Positions 40,712 to 54,239 of a stretch of DNA of 64,000 nucleotides are shown here, in pieces. Position numbers and translations under genes: made by a program. This DNA is from Octopus vulgaris (lineage: Eukaryota), in contig OX597816.1 of assembly GCA_951406725.2 (NCBI GenBank), positions 82,336,001 to 82,400,000 on the forward strand, written 5' to 3'. The notes under the pieces were generated by a model, which ran no database searches, had not been told where the DNA came from, and saw only the letters and a list, made by a program, of their open reading frames with translations. Position 1 is the first letter of the stretch. Every line of letters begins with the position of its first letter.

Positions 40712-42218
40712 CATCATCATCATTTAGCATCCATTGTCTTGCTGGCATGGGTTGGACAGTTTGACCAGGACTGGCAAGCTGTAAGGCTGCACCAGACTCC
40801 AGTCTGATTTGGCATGGTTTCTACGGCTGGATGTCCTTCCAAACACCAACCACTCAAAGAGTGTAATGGGTGCTGTTACATGCAACTAGCATGGGTACCA
40901 TTTGCATGACACAGATATCTGCAACAACAGTGATTTTACTTGGCTTGATGGGTCTTCTTCTCAAGCATGACATAATGCCAAAGTTCTCAGTCATTGCTTC
41001 TGTGAGGCCCAACACTTGAAAGGAACTTTTCACATGATACTGGCACTAGCCACTTTGCCTCCATGAGGCCCAATGCTCGAAAGTTAAATGACACCAGCAT
41101 CAGCTATGATTACGATTTTACTTGGTTTGTTGGGTCTTCTCAAGTACAGCATATCACCAAAGGTCTCAGTCACTACTAATTGTCTCTGGGAGACCCAGAG
41201 TTTGAAGATCATGCTTCACTACCTTATCCCATGTCTTCCTGAGTCTACCTCCGCCACAGGGTCCTCCACAGTTAGAGATCAGCACTTCTTTACACAGCTG
41301 TCCTCATCCATATGCATCACATGACCATACCAACATAGCCGCCTCTCTTGCACACCATATCTGATGCTTCTTATTCCCAACTTATTCTCAAGATGCTTAT
41401 GCTTAAACAAACATTGCACATCCAGCAAAGCATACTGACTTCATTTCTCTCAAGCCTATGTATGTCCTTGGCTGTCACAGCTCATGTTTCACTGCCATGT
41501 AGCACAGCTGTTCACACACAGGCATCATACAATCTGCCTTTCATTCAGAGTGAGAGGACCTTTGTTGCCAGCAGAGGTAGGAGCTTTCTGAACTTTGCCC
41601 AGCCTAATCTTATTCTCACAGGTATGCTCTTGGAACATCCACCTCCACTACTAACTTGGTCACCTAGATAACAGAAGCTATCTACTACTTCCAGCTTACC
41701 CAACTTGATAGAGTATATTTTCTGTACATTTTCAGTGTTCACTGTACCAGTGCATCTTCCACATACAAAAGCTATTTTTCCTGTTAACCTTCCTCTGATA
41801 TTGCAGCACCTCTTAAGTGTCCATAGCTTATACCGGGTACATCTAATGGAGTTTCTACCTACACCTTTTTTACAGATCAAGCAGGGCCATCTACCTGAAG
41901 GAATTTGTGATTTGTCTGCCTTCCTACTTACTAAGACTTTGGTTTTTGCTAGATTAACTCTAAGGACCTTTGATTCTAGACCTTGCTTCCATACCTGAAA
42001 CTCCTATAGTTCTGACAGTGATTTAGCTATAAGAACAAAGTCATTAGCATAGAGGAGCTCGCAGGGGCAGCCTATCTTAAATTCTTCTGTTATTGCCTGG
42101 CAGACTATGATGAACAAGAGAGGACTGAGGACCAATCCTTGGTGAACCCTTACTTATACCCTGAATTCTTTGCCGTACTCGTTACCAACCCTCATCTTGC
42201 CAGTAGCGTCATTATACA
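40712..42218 (-). mobile_element. Decayed RTE LINE copy of the same family (RT C-terminal half plus 3' UTR)
   Basis: GVGRNSIRC, KLEVVDSFCYLGDQVSSGGG, RIRLGWAKF and a degenerate LLYAND are present with stops and frameshifts. It has the same 3' terminal sequence and a (GAT)n tail at 40712. Confidence 0.93.
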
Positions 42219-45200
42219 GAAATTCATTTGATACTAATAAATTTGAAATAGATGAAAAACATTTTAAAGGTACTGAATTTAAATTGATCCTCATTTTGTC
42301 ATAGATTCAAATGAATAATGATATTGCTTTCAGGAGAAAATATCTCTGTTTAGGTACTTTATTTCAGATGCTTCATCTATAGTGCATTTAGTTTTTAATA
42401 CAACAAATTTTCTCATTTGCATGTATGAATGTATGCACTCAGAGACTGAGATACAGAGATATGATTAAACTTCTGAAGACAGTGTTGGCACCCACAGCTG
42501 GATTATAGCAGCCCAAGACACAAACCTATGAAGGAAAACAATCCACTTTTCCTACTATGACTTGACATATGGATTTTCAAATTTGGTGTGCATCATGTGT
42601 GTGCAAAACACACATTTACATTTTGTTTGTTATAAGTTGTAGTAGTGCAGTAACTATAGTTCAGAAGTTCAAACACCTGACTGCCTTATAGTTGGGAGTA
42701 ACAAGAATGCATAAGCAAAGAATTATTAATTCACAGTATAGTGCAAGCACTAAATTCTCTAAGTTTTTAATTTAATTTTTTAAAACTTATTGTTTTGATC
42801 TGGGAAAGAGGGCTGTGCCCATCACCCTTGTAGGTCCTCTAAGACTGGCGATGTAAATGTTAATGTTCCATTTGGACAAATCAAGGCTACAGGGGAAAAC
42901 ACCTACCAAGAGAGTATTCCAAATGGATAGCATTCTGGGGAGGAAAGACCAGAAAGATAGTCAGATCTGGGTGTGGAAGGTGGACACTTAATAGATGATG
43001 AAATGAGACATGAGTTGGAAGTATGAGTGGAGATGGCATGTGACCAACCAGCTCCAAGAAGCAGAGACCATTGTAGTAGCACCAGAAAAGGTAATTAGGT
43101 AAATAGGTACCATGGGATAGTAAGGTTCACCACTATTAGTGATAGACCAATAAAATTGACAAATGTTCCTTGAGCACAGAGCTGAATTTTGATCCTTCTA
43201 TGGATTTCAGCCAAGCTAAAAGAATTAATACCACACCTATATCCTCAATTCTATCAGTAATGCAAGCACACAACTACTTGCTTTGGTTTGTGAGACTGAA
43301 GTTCAGTTGTATCCCAATTTCTAATAGTTTTATTGTTAGCAGTAGGAAAGGCATTAGATTTAGCTTTGAAAATAATTGTTCCAGTATTATACACATCTCC
43401 ATAGTTATGAAAATTGTCGTGTTCAAGTGAACCTGTTAAAATGATATAAAACTCAATGTGTATGCATACATAAAAATTGATGAACGCGTGCACATACTTG
43501 TGTAAATAAACTAACTTATGGAATTAGACAAGAGTATTTAAAATTTAGCAGTAAAAAGATAAACCAATTTATTAAACACAGACTTGAGAATTTTTATCAG
43601 ATAACCTTAAATAATATTAAAATGAACTCCAACTTTATTTCTTTAAACTACAAAATAAATTTCACATTCTGCCTTTTTATTGTTTAAAGTCCATAAATCA
43701 ATATTTGATTACAGGCTGGTGTTACATGATTAAGAAAATAATGTCACACATCTTTAATGAATTAGGATGTACAGTATGAGTTTTCTAATGACAGCTATGC
43801 AAGACTTCAGATATACAGTTGACGATCAGCTACATGTTAGCTCACAGCTATTCTTAGTAATAAAAAGACTATTAGATATCTAATTGTTCAGTTTCACTTG
43901 ACATCTGTTTAAACAGAATACAACAGTTTAGATGGGAAGAAATTAACATCATATTTTAGTAGTCGTTCCTATTGCTAGCCACCAGTTGTAACCCAACCAC
44001 AAACAATGACATCACCACCCTTAGCTAAGCCCAGCATAATTTTCTAAATATTTACAAGTATACACACACGCAGACCATCGTGGAATTTGAACTCAAAATG
44101 CTAAGAAGAGCCACAAATATTGCAAGGCATTCTATGCAATGCTTTAACATCCACCAGTTCACCACCCTATAAAAGAACATCAAAGTTTATGAGGTTGTAC
44201 AACATTCAGGTCTTCCTAAATTCCTAATACACTTCAGAAGTTTAATGCTACACTATTGAAAAATTAAATCAAACATTCCAGATTCTAATTAGAAAGACTG
44301 CATTATGCAGTGTACTCTTACTAATACTACTACTTGATTCTCTAAATTTGTTGACTTGGGAAAAAAATTTCAGTATTGATAAAGTTCTAATCTAGGTACT
44401 GTAGGTGCTGCTCACAACAAAAAAATTTATAACATGTGTATGCTTGTTTACTATTTTGTTAATATAGTACTAGGAACATAAGAATTGTCAAAATTTGTTT
44501 CCTACTAACAATTTTTCAGAACTTATGAGGAGTGAAATGCCCTTAGTGCCCTTGGTCACAAAGGTGATTCTCCACTTGTTTTTAAAGATAGCAGAGCAAC
44601 AGAAATATGATGTAATTTGGTTTTGAGATCAAACTGTATGAGGTTTGATATCACCACTCATTTCTCCAGAGTCAAGAGAGATACTGAAGTTCAACTGACT
44701 TCAGTACTTTCTTATCAATATAAAATTCCCAAATCCTAAAGATTTTTTTATGCAATGTAATTAGCCCAGTATAAAGATTATACAACTATTGCATGAATTT
44801 GGATGAAATTTGCTGATACAATAATCGCTGGTGTACATTGTGAATGTAGTTTTTACTTGTTGTTGGAGTTTTACTTTTCATATCATTTCACTTGCCAAAG
44901 TAGGTTGAATGCAGTTGAGCTGATTATACATAGGTGTTTTCACATACACTTGCAATATGCCGATTCCTGGACACTGATTACTTGTCTCTTTGTAACTTGG
45001 AAGCTGCACAACACCCATTAGAAAAATGATTCCAGTTTATACTTTCCTCTCCACCAGCCATTATTGTAAAGTGGTGAATGTTATGGAGTAAACTGGTAAA
45101 TTTTCAACTGGTTGAAACACTATCACTGTTTCAATCCCAAGTAAAACCATTTTATATGATTTACACAGCCAATATCCATGGGAAAAGCATGAACATCTTA

Positions 45201-45949
45201 ATTCTCATCACTCCCCTTGCAAATAAAAGTAAAAGGCATATCACACCTGCCAACTCATACAAGGACAGAAAAAAACAGGCATAGAAATTCTGAGAATATT
45301 AGTGCATATTAGTTGGAATTCTATAATTTTAAAGAATGATTACTTGGCTTTCCCTAGCTCATGTACCATAGTGATGAACCTGTCACTGTTCAGCTGTTTT
45401 TGAGTTCCAAAGCTACAACTGTCTCTGGACTTTCACATGTTCTATATGAACACGATGACTCCAAATCAGTGAAAAGCTTTATTTTTCTGTCAAGGTTCTT
45501 GATTTGTCAATTTCATTTCAAAATATTTTAATTGCATTAGTACTACATGACTATTGATTGAAGGTTTTTGTTCAGTAAATTCATTGATTCTTTTATAATA
45601 TCCTCCATCAGCTTGAGGAGCTGAATCTCATCGCTTTCCTTAATCCTGAGCTATTAATGTATTTCAACAAATGAGATATTTTTGGATTTGATAAGGTGTG
45701 GGGAGGGGGGATGGTGCACTTGTCTAGCCTAAATTCCATTTTGCTATCCTTGGACTTCTACACAGTCTACAAAGTATCCCAGAGCAACTCCATTATTGTA
45801 ATTAGAATGGCAGGACACAGAGTAAATGCCTTACAGTATTTAGTTTTGTTCAGAATTTAAATCCATCCAATGCCTAGTTTGCTCTTCAGCTTTGTAATTA
45901 ATCAAATAACCATTAACTATACAATGAGACAATTCAATTGACTATCATT

Positions 45950-46125
45950 GTCATAATCGTTTAATGTCCGCTTTCCATGCTGGCATGGGTTAGCTGGATG
46001 CCCTTCCTAACGGCGACCACTCCAAGAGTGGAGTGGGTGTTTTATGTGGCACCGGCACAGGAGCCAATCCAGCAGCATTGGCAATGACCACACTTGAATG
46101 TTGTTTTCCACGTACCACCAGCACA
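45950..46125 (-). mobile_element. Internally deleted RTE 3' terminal fragment
   Basis: cgtttaatgtccgctttccatgctggcatgggtt joined to agctggatgcccttcctaac, plus one UTR unit. Confidence 0.8.
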
Positions 46126-46206
46126 CACACACACACATATATATACACACATACATACATATATATATACACATACATACATATATACATACATACATAT
46201 ATATAC

Positions 46207-46241
<35 letters not shown>

Positions 46242-46253
46242 TACACATACATA

Positions 46254-48970
46254 CATCATCATCATCATCATCATCATCGTTTAACGTCCGCTTTCCATGC
46301 TAGCATGGGTTGGACGGTTCAACTGGGGTCTGGGAAGCCCGAAGGCTGCACCAGGCCAGTCAGATGTGGCAGTGTTTCTACAGCTGGATGCCCTTCCTAA
46401 TGCCAACCACTTCGAGAGTGTAGTGGGTGATTTTATGTGCCACCGACACAGGTGCCAGACGAGGCTGGCAGACGGCCACGCTCGGATGGTGTTTTTTATG
46501 TGCCACCGACACAGGTGCCAGACGAGGCTGGCAGACGGCCACGCTCGGATGGTGTTTTTTATGTGCCACCGACACAGGTGCCAGACGAGGCTGGCAGACG
46601 GCCACGCTCGGATGGTGTTTTTTATGTGCCACCGACACAGGTGCCAGACGAGGCTGGCAGACGGCCACGCTCGGATGGTGTTTTTATGTGCCACCGACAC
46701 AGGTGCCAGACGAGGCTGGCAGACGGCCACGCTCGGATGGTGTTTTCTTATGTGTCATCGACACAGGTGCCAGACGAGGCTGGCGGACGGCCGCGCTCGG
46801 ATGGTGTTTGTTACGTGCCCTCAGCACGGAGGCCAGTCATTGCGGTACTGGCTACGGTCACGTTCGGATGGATTTCTTATGTGCCACCGGCACTGGTACC
46901 ACAAGGATACAAATTCCATTGATGTTCATCTATTTTGATTTGGTTCGATTTGATTTGATACGATTCGATTCTCACTTGCCTCAACAGGTCTTCACAAGTG
47001 TCACAAGAAGGAAGGTATGCACAGGTGGACTGACTACGTCCCAGGTAGGGGCCACGGATTATGGCTTCACTAGTCTTGCCGGGTCTTCTCACGCACAGCA
47101 TACTTCCATAGGTCTCGGTCTCTAGTCATTTCCATGGTGAGACCTAACGTCCGAAGGTCGTGCTTCACCACCTCGTCCCAGGTTTTCCTGGGTCTACCTC
47201 TTCCACGGGTTCCCTCAACTGCTAGGGATTGGCACTTTCTCACACACCTATCTTCATCCATTCTCGCCACATGACCATACCAGCGCAATCGTCTCTCTTG
47301 CACACAACAACTGATGCTTCTTAGGTACAACATTTCTCTCAAGGTACTAACGCTCTGTCGAGTAAGTACACTGACATTACACATCCATCGGAGCATACTG
47401 GCTTCGTTCCTCACGAGCTTACGCATGTCCTCAGCAGTCACGGCCCATGTTTCACTGCCATGTAGCATAGCTGTTCGTACACATGCATCATACAGTCTGC
47501 CTTTTACTCTGAGCGAGAGGCCTTTAGTCACCAGCAGAGGTAAGAGCTCCCTAAACTTTGCCCAGGCTATTCTTATTCTAGCAGTTACACTTTCAGCGCA
47601 CCCACCCCCACTACTGACTTGGTCACCTAGATAGCGGAAACTATCAACTACTTCTAGTTTTTCCCCCGGAAAGTGACAGAAGTTGTTTTCTGCAGATTTT
47701 CGGAGGTCAATGCTCCAGAGCACCTGCCACATACAAAAACTATCTTCCCAGTTAGCCTACCTTTGACATTGCTGCACCTCTTATGTGTCCATAGCTTACA
47801 CTGGGTACATCTTATAGAGTTTCTACCTACACCTTTTCTACAGATCGAGCAGGGCCATCTTCCTGATGATATTTGTGGGTTTTCTACCTTTCTACTTATT
47901 AGGACTTTGGTTTTAGCTAGGTTGACTCTAAGGCCCCTCGATTCTAAACCCTCCTTCCACACCTGGAACTTCTCCTCCAGTTCTGATAGTGACTCAGCGA
48001 TTAGAGCGAGGTCGTCAGCATAGAGGAGCTCCCAGGGGCAACCTGTCTTGAATTCCTCCGTTATTGCCTGGAGGACTATGATAAATAGGAGGGGCTGAGT
48101 ACTGAACCCTGGTGGACCCCAACCTCTACTTTGAATTCTTCTGTGTACATGTTGCCAACTCTAACCTTACTTACGGCATCTCTGTACATGGCTTGCACAG
48201 CCCTCACCAGCCATTCATCTATCCCTAGTTTCCTCATTGACCACCAGATGAGGGATCGGGGGACCCTATCAAAGGCTTTCTCCATGTCAACGAAAGCCAG
48301 GTACAGGGGCTTATCCTTGGCTAGGTATTTCTCCTGCAGCTGCCTTACCAGGAATATAGCATCAGTGGTGCTTTTCCCTGGGACAAACCCAAACTGCATC
48401 TCATCTAAACTAACTCTCTCTCTAATTAGTTGGGCTATGACCCTCTCCGTAACCTTCATTACCTGATCCAACAGCTTGATACCTCTGTAATTATTTGTAT
48501 CCAGGGCATCACCTTTACCTTTGTAGCAGTTGACTAGTATGCTGCTACACCAGTCATTGGGTATGACTCCTTCGTGTATCACCTGGTTGACTATACGGGT
48601 GACTAGGTTATAGCCGACACTGCCAGATATTTTGAGCATCTCTGCAGTAATTCCTGATGGGCCTGGGGCTTTCCCTGTCTTCATGCTTCTAATTGCCTTA
48701 GCTACCACGGAACTATCAACTCGGATAGCTGGTCCCTCTGTTGGGTCAACATTTGGCAGACTCTCTTTATCCCATTCATTTTCTTTATTCAGCAAACTTT
48801 CATAGTGGCATCTCCAAACCTCTCTCTTTGCATCCTCATTTAGCGCAAGTGAACCATCATCCATGCGAACACACTTCTCTCCTACCACATCACGATTCTC
48901 TCTCACACACTGTCTTGCAACACGAAATACCTCAAGTCTTTCATCCTCACGGCTCAGAACATTGGCAGAA
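46254..48970 (-). mobile_element. RTE-clade non-LTR retrotransposon (LINE), 5'-truncated and young; RT coding region, 3' UTR and (GAT)n tail
   Basis: Minus-strand frames give [63 protein letters not shown] (48011-48022), FRYLG, RLRWYGHVARM and RGRGRPRKTW. Stop is at 47070. There are two 1-nt frameshifts (~48090, ~47665). The (GAT)n tail is at 46254-46278 and the element sits in an (ATAC/AT) microsatellite. Confidence 0.96.
46435..46900 (-). repeat. Tandem ~63-bp repeat array in the RTE 3' UTR (six near-identical units plus 1-2 diverged ones)
   Basis: Unit atgtgccaccgacacaggtgccagacgaggctggcagacggccacgctcggatggtgtttttt starts at 46435, 46498, 46561, 46624, 46686 and 46750, with diverged units at 46813 and 46879. 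Confidence 0.95.
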
Positions 48971-48997
48971 CATACATACATACATATATACACATAC

Positions 48998-49028
<31 letters not shown>

Positions 49029-49035
49029 CACATAC

Positions 49036-49066
<31 letters not shown>

Positions 49067-49435
49067 CACATACATACATATATATATATATACACATACA
49101 TACATATATATATATATACACATACATACATATATATATATATATACACATACATACATATATATATATATATACACATACATACATATATATATATATA
49201 TACACATACATACATATATATATATATACACATACATACATATATATATATATACACATACATACATACATATATATATATACACATACATACATATATA
49301 TATATATACACATACATACATACATACATATATATATATATACATACATACATACATATATATACATACATACATATATATATATATATACATACATACA
49401 TATATATATATATACACATACATATATATATATAT

Positions 49436-49474
<39 letters not shown>

Positions 49475-49663
49475 CATACATACATACATATATATATATA
49501 TACACATACATACATACATATATATATATATACACATACATACATACATACATATATATATATATATACACATACATACATACATATATATATATATATA
49601 CACATACATACATACATATATATATATATATACACATACATACATATATATATATATATACAC

Positions 49664-49694
<31 letters not shown>

Positions 49695-49697
49695 CAC

Positions 49698-49732
<35 letters not shown>

Positions 49733-50187
49733 CACATACATACATACATATATATATATATATACACATACATACATATATATCTCTCTCTATATAAACA
49801 GCAGTTTGTCTGTGCGTTTTCTGTGTGTCTGTTTTCTCGTACCCTCACTCTGACCACGGCTTTCAACCGATTCTGATGAAACTTGACACACACATAGCCC
49901 AATGTCATAATTCAAAACTAACGCAGCGAAAATTTTGAAAAGTTCCCCCAGTTCTGAAAAAAATCGATAAATTCGACATGGGGTCGAGAATCAGAAACCC
50001 AAACCACAGACCGTCTAGGGGACGCAACTCCACCTATTTTAACTCTCAAAAAAATTTACCATCATTTTTTTCCCATTTTTTGGCTATAACTCTCTAAAAA
50101 TGCTTTATAGTTATTTCCCTTACAAACCTGAGCAACGCCGGGCGATACTGCTAGTATATATATACACATACATACATACATATATAC

Positions 50188-50218
<31 letters not shown>

Positions 50219-50264
50219 TATACATACATACATACATACATATATACATACATACATACATACA

Positions 50265-50298
<34 letters not shown>

Positions 50299-50351
50299 CA
50301 TACATACATACATACATATATATATACACATACATACATACATATATATAC

Positions 50352-50382
<31 letters not shown>

Positions 50383-50477
50383 TATACACATACATACATA
50401 CATACATATATATATACACATACATACATACATACATATATATATACACATACATACATACATACATATATATATAC

Positions 50478-50512
<35 letters not shown>

Positions 50513-50517
50513 TATAC

Positions 50518-50548
<31 letters not shown>

Positions 50549-50679
50549 TATACACATACATACATACATACATATATATATATACACATACATACATACA
50601 TACATATATATATATACACATACATACATATATATATATATACACATACATACATACATACATATATATATATATACAC

Positions 50680-50714
<35 letters not shown>

Positions 50715-50983
50715 CACATACATACATACATATATATATATATACACATACATACATATATATATATATACACATACATACATACATATATATATATATA
50801 TACACATACATACATACATATATATATATATACACATACATACATACATACATATATATATATACACATACATACATACATACATATATATATATATACA
50901 CATACATACATACATATATATATATATATACACATACATACATACATATATATATATACACATACATATATATATATATACAC

Positions 50984-51014
<31 letters not shown>

Positions 51015-51137
51015 CACATACATACATATATATATATATATATACACACATACATACATACATATATATATATATACATACATACATACATACATATATA
51101 TATATATACACATACATACATACATATATATATATAC

Positions 51138-51168
<31 letters not shown>

Positions 51169-51341
51169 CACATACATACATACATATATATACACATACA
51201 TATATATATACACATACATACATACATATATATATATATACACATACATACATACATATATATATATATACACATACATACATACATATATATATATACA
51301 CATACATACATACATACATATATATATATATATACACATAC

Positions 51342-51372
<31 letters not shown>

Positions 51373-51979
51373 CACATACATACATACATACATATATATA
51401 TATACACATACATACATACATATATATATATATACACATACATACATACATATATATATATATACACATACATACATACATATATATATATATACACATA
51501 CATACATACATATATATATATATACACATACATACATACATATATATATATATACACATACATACATACATATATATATATATACACATACATACATACA
51601 TACATATATATATATATATACACATACATACATATATATATATATATACACATACATACATACATATATATATACACATACATACATATATATATATATA
51701 TACACATACATACATATATATATATATATACACATACATACATATATATATATACACATACATACATACATATATATATATATACACATACATACATACA
51801 TATATATATACACATACATATATATATACACATACATATATATACACATACATATATATACACATACATATATATATACACATACATACATACATATATA
51901 TATATATACACATACATACATACATATATATATATATATACACATACATACATACATACATATATATATATACACATAC

Positions 51980-52012
<33 letters not shown>

Positions 52013-52193
52013 CACATACATACATACATATATATATATATATACACATACATACATACATATATATATACACATACATACATACATATATACATATATA
52101 TATATACACATACATACATACATATATATATATACACATACATACATACATATATATATATACACATACATACATACATATATATATATATAC

Positions 52194-52252
<59 letters not shown>

Positions 52253-52257
52253 AACAC

Positions 52258-52290
<33 letters not shown>

Positions 52291-52329
52291 CACATACATA
52301 CATACATATATATATATATATAAAAACAC

Positions 52330-52360
<31 letters not shown>

Positions 52361-52457
52361 CACATACATACATACATATATATATATATATACACATACA
52401 TACATATATATATATATATATACACATACATACATACATATATATATATATATACAC

Positions 52458-52488
<31 letters not shown>

Positions 52489-52491
52489 CAC

Positions 52492-52522
<31 letters not shown>

Positions 52523-52609
52523 CACATACATACATACATATATATATATATATACACATACATACATATATATATATATATATACACATACATACATACA
52601 TATATATAC

Positions 52610-52650
<41 letters not shown>

Positions 52651-53483
52651 CATACATATATATATATATACACATACATATACACATACATACATATATA
52701 TATATACACATACATATATATATATATATATACACATACATACATACATACATATATATATATACACATACATACATACATACATATATATATATACACA
52801 TACATACATACATACATATATATATATACACATACATACATACATACATATATATATATATACACATACATACATACATACATATATATATATACACATA
52901 CATACATACATATATATATACACATACATACATACATATATATATACACATACATACATACATACATATATATATACACATACATACATACATACATATA
53001 TATATACACATACATACATATATATATACACATACATACATACATATATATATACACATACATACATACATATATATATATACACATACATACATATATA
53101 TACACATACATACATATATATACACATACATACATACATATATATATATATACACATACATACATATATATATATATACACATACATACATATATATATA
53201 CACATACATACATATATATATACACATACATACATATATATATACACATACATACATATATATATACACATACATACATACATATATACACATACATACA
53301 TATATATACACATACATACATACATACACATACATACATACATATATACACATACATACATACATATATACACATACATACATACATATATACACATACA
53401 TACATACATATATACACATACATACATACATATATACACATACATACATACATATATACACATACATACATACATATATACAC

Positions 53484-53528
<45 letters not shown>

Positions 53529-53537
53529 CATACATAT
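48971..53537. repeat. Compound (ATAC)n/(AT)n/AC satellite of about 4.2 kb, split by a Helitron; left remnant at 46124-46253
   Basis: Directly visible. The higher-order unit cac(atac)1-4(at)2-9 varies in length. Confidence 0.97.
49783..50154 (+). mobile_element. Non-autonomous Helitron (372 bp) inserted into the satellite
   Basis: 5' TC and 3' CTAG termini, subterminal hairpin cctgagcaacgccggg about 10 nt from the end, an A|T insertion site with no TSD, and an internal caaccgattctgatgaaact motif. Confidence 0.85.
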
Positions 53538-54239
53538 GGATATATATATGTGTGCGTGTGTGTATCAAAATAAGCAATAAGGATATCCAGAGGTGATGCA
53601 GTACGATTGTTTCACGCAACTCCATTTAATTGAACAATGCAACCATTACATCAATTTAAATGCATAACAATCCTCAGCTGCACAAAGACATAGAATTTAA
53701 TTAAATCAAAACAAATGGACACAGTATGATTTTACTTAAAATTTCCAAGAAGTTAAGGAGATAGACAAAACATACTACCTTCACTTAAGCTTAGAAGCTA
53801 CTAAGGTATCAGGAAGAAAGACTTGTTAGAGATTTTGCTTGTCACTGTTTTATGGGGTCAGTTTTAATTTATAGACTAGTTTTATCAAATACTTGTATGC
53901 CTAAGAATATCTGGACAGTTAGACGATACAAAAAACACAAGAAAAAACAAGGACGGGTCATTCAGAGCTTTCTATCATCAGTTGAGTTGCAGATCGTCAT
54001 TGCAGTTTCGGCTGGCTATAGTTGAGACTGCTCTAATCTGGCTGGCCACAAGGAAATGTAAGCTAAGAGCACTAGATTCTCTGGAAGAAAGCAAGCGAAT
54101 GTATATGAAAACAAGGAAGAAGGAAAAAAAAAAAGAATAGAGAAATGGTACACAATTACAAATACAAAGTCAGAAATCTTGTTACTGCTGCAGCAAGCTG
54201 GTAGAAACTTTAGTACCTCAGAAAAAATGCAAAGTGGCA

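Noticed and set aside
46450-46480. HDV-like ribozyme in the repeat unit (cctcgt loop resembles L3)
   Set aside because: I could not build P1, P2, P1.1 and the catalytic C in the right order, and the loop sequence varies between copies.
46435-46900. CRISPR-like appearance of regularly spaced repeats
   Set aside because: The units are contiguous with no unique spacers, there are no cas genes, and the context is a eukaryotic LINE 3' UTR.
46281-47125. Overlapping ORFs with 21-aa repeats
   Set aside because: A by-product of the 63-bp unit being a multiple of three. Units of 62 and 64 bp shift frames, so no coding constraint is evident.
48947-53625. Very long ORFs (270-1187 aa) rich in Y/I/C/M/V/H/T
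   Set aside because: They are translations of the ATAC/AT satellite, which lacks stop codons. The N-terminal half of the 610-aa ORF is likewise satellite fused by chance to the truncated RT.
53950-54130. Possible hammerhead ribozyme (ctgatga..gaaa on the minus strand)
   Set aside because: No stem II between CUGAUGA and GAAA, and no convincing stems I and III. It is probably a decayed repeat.
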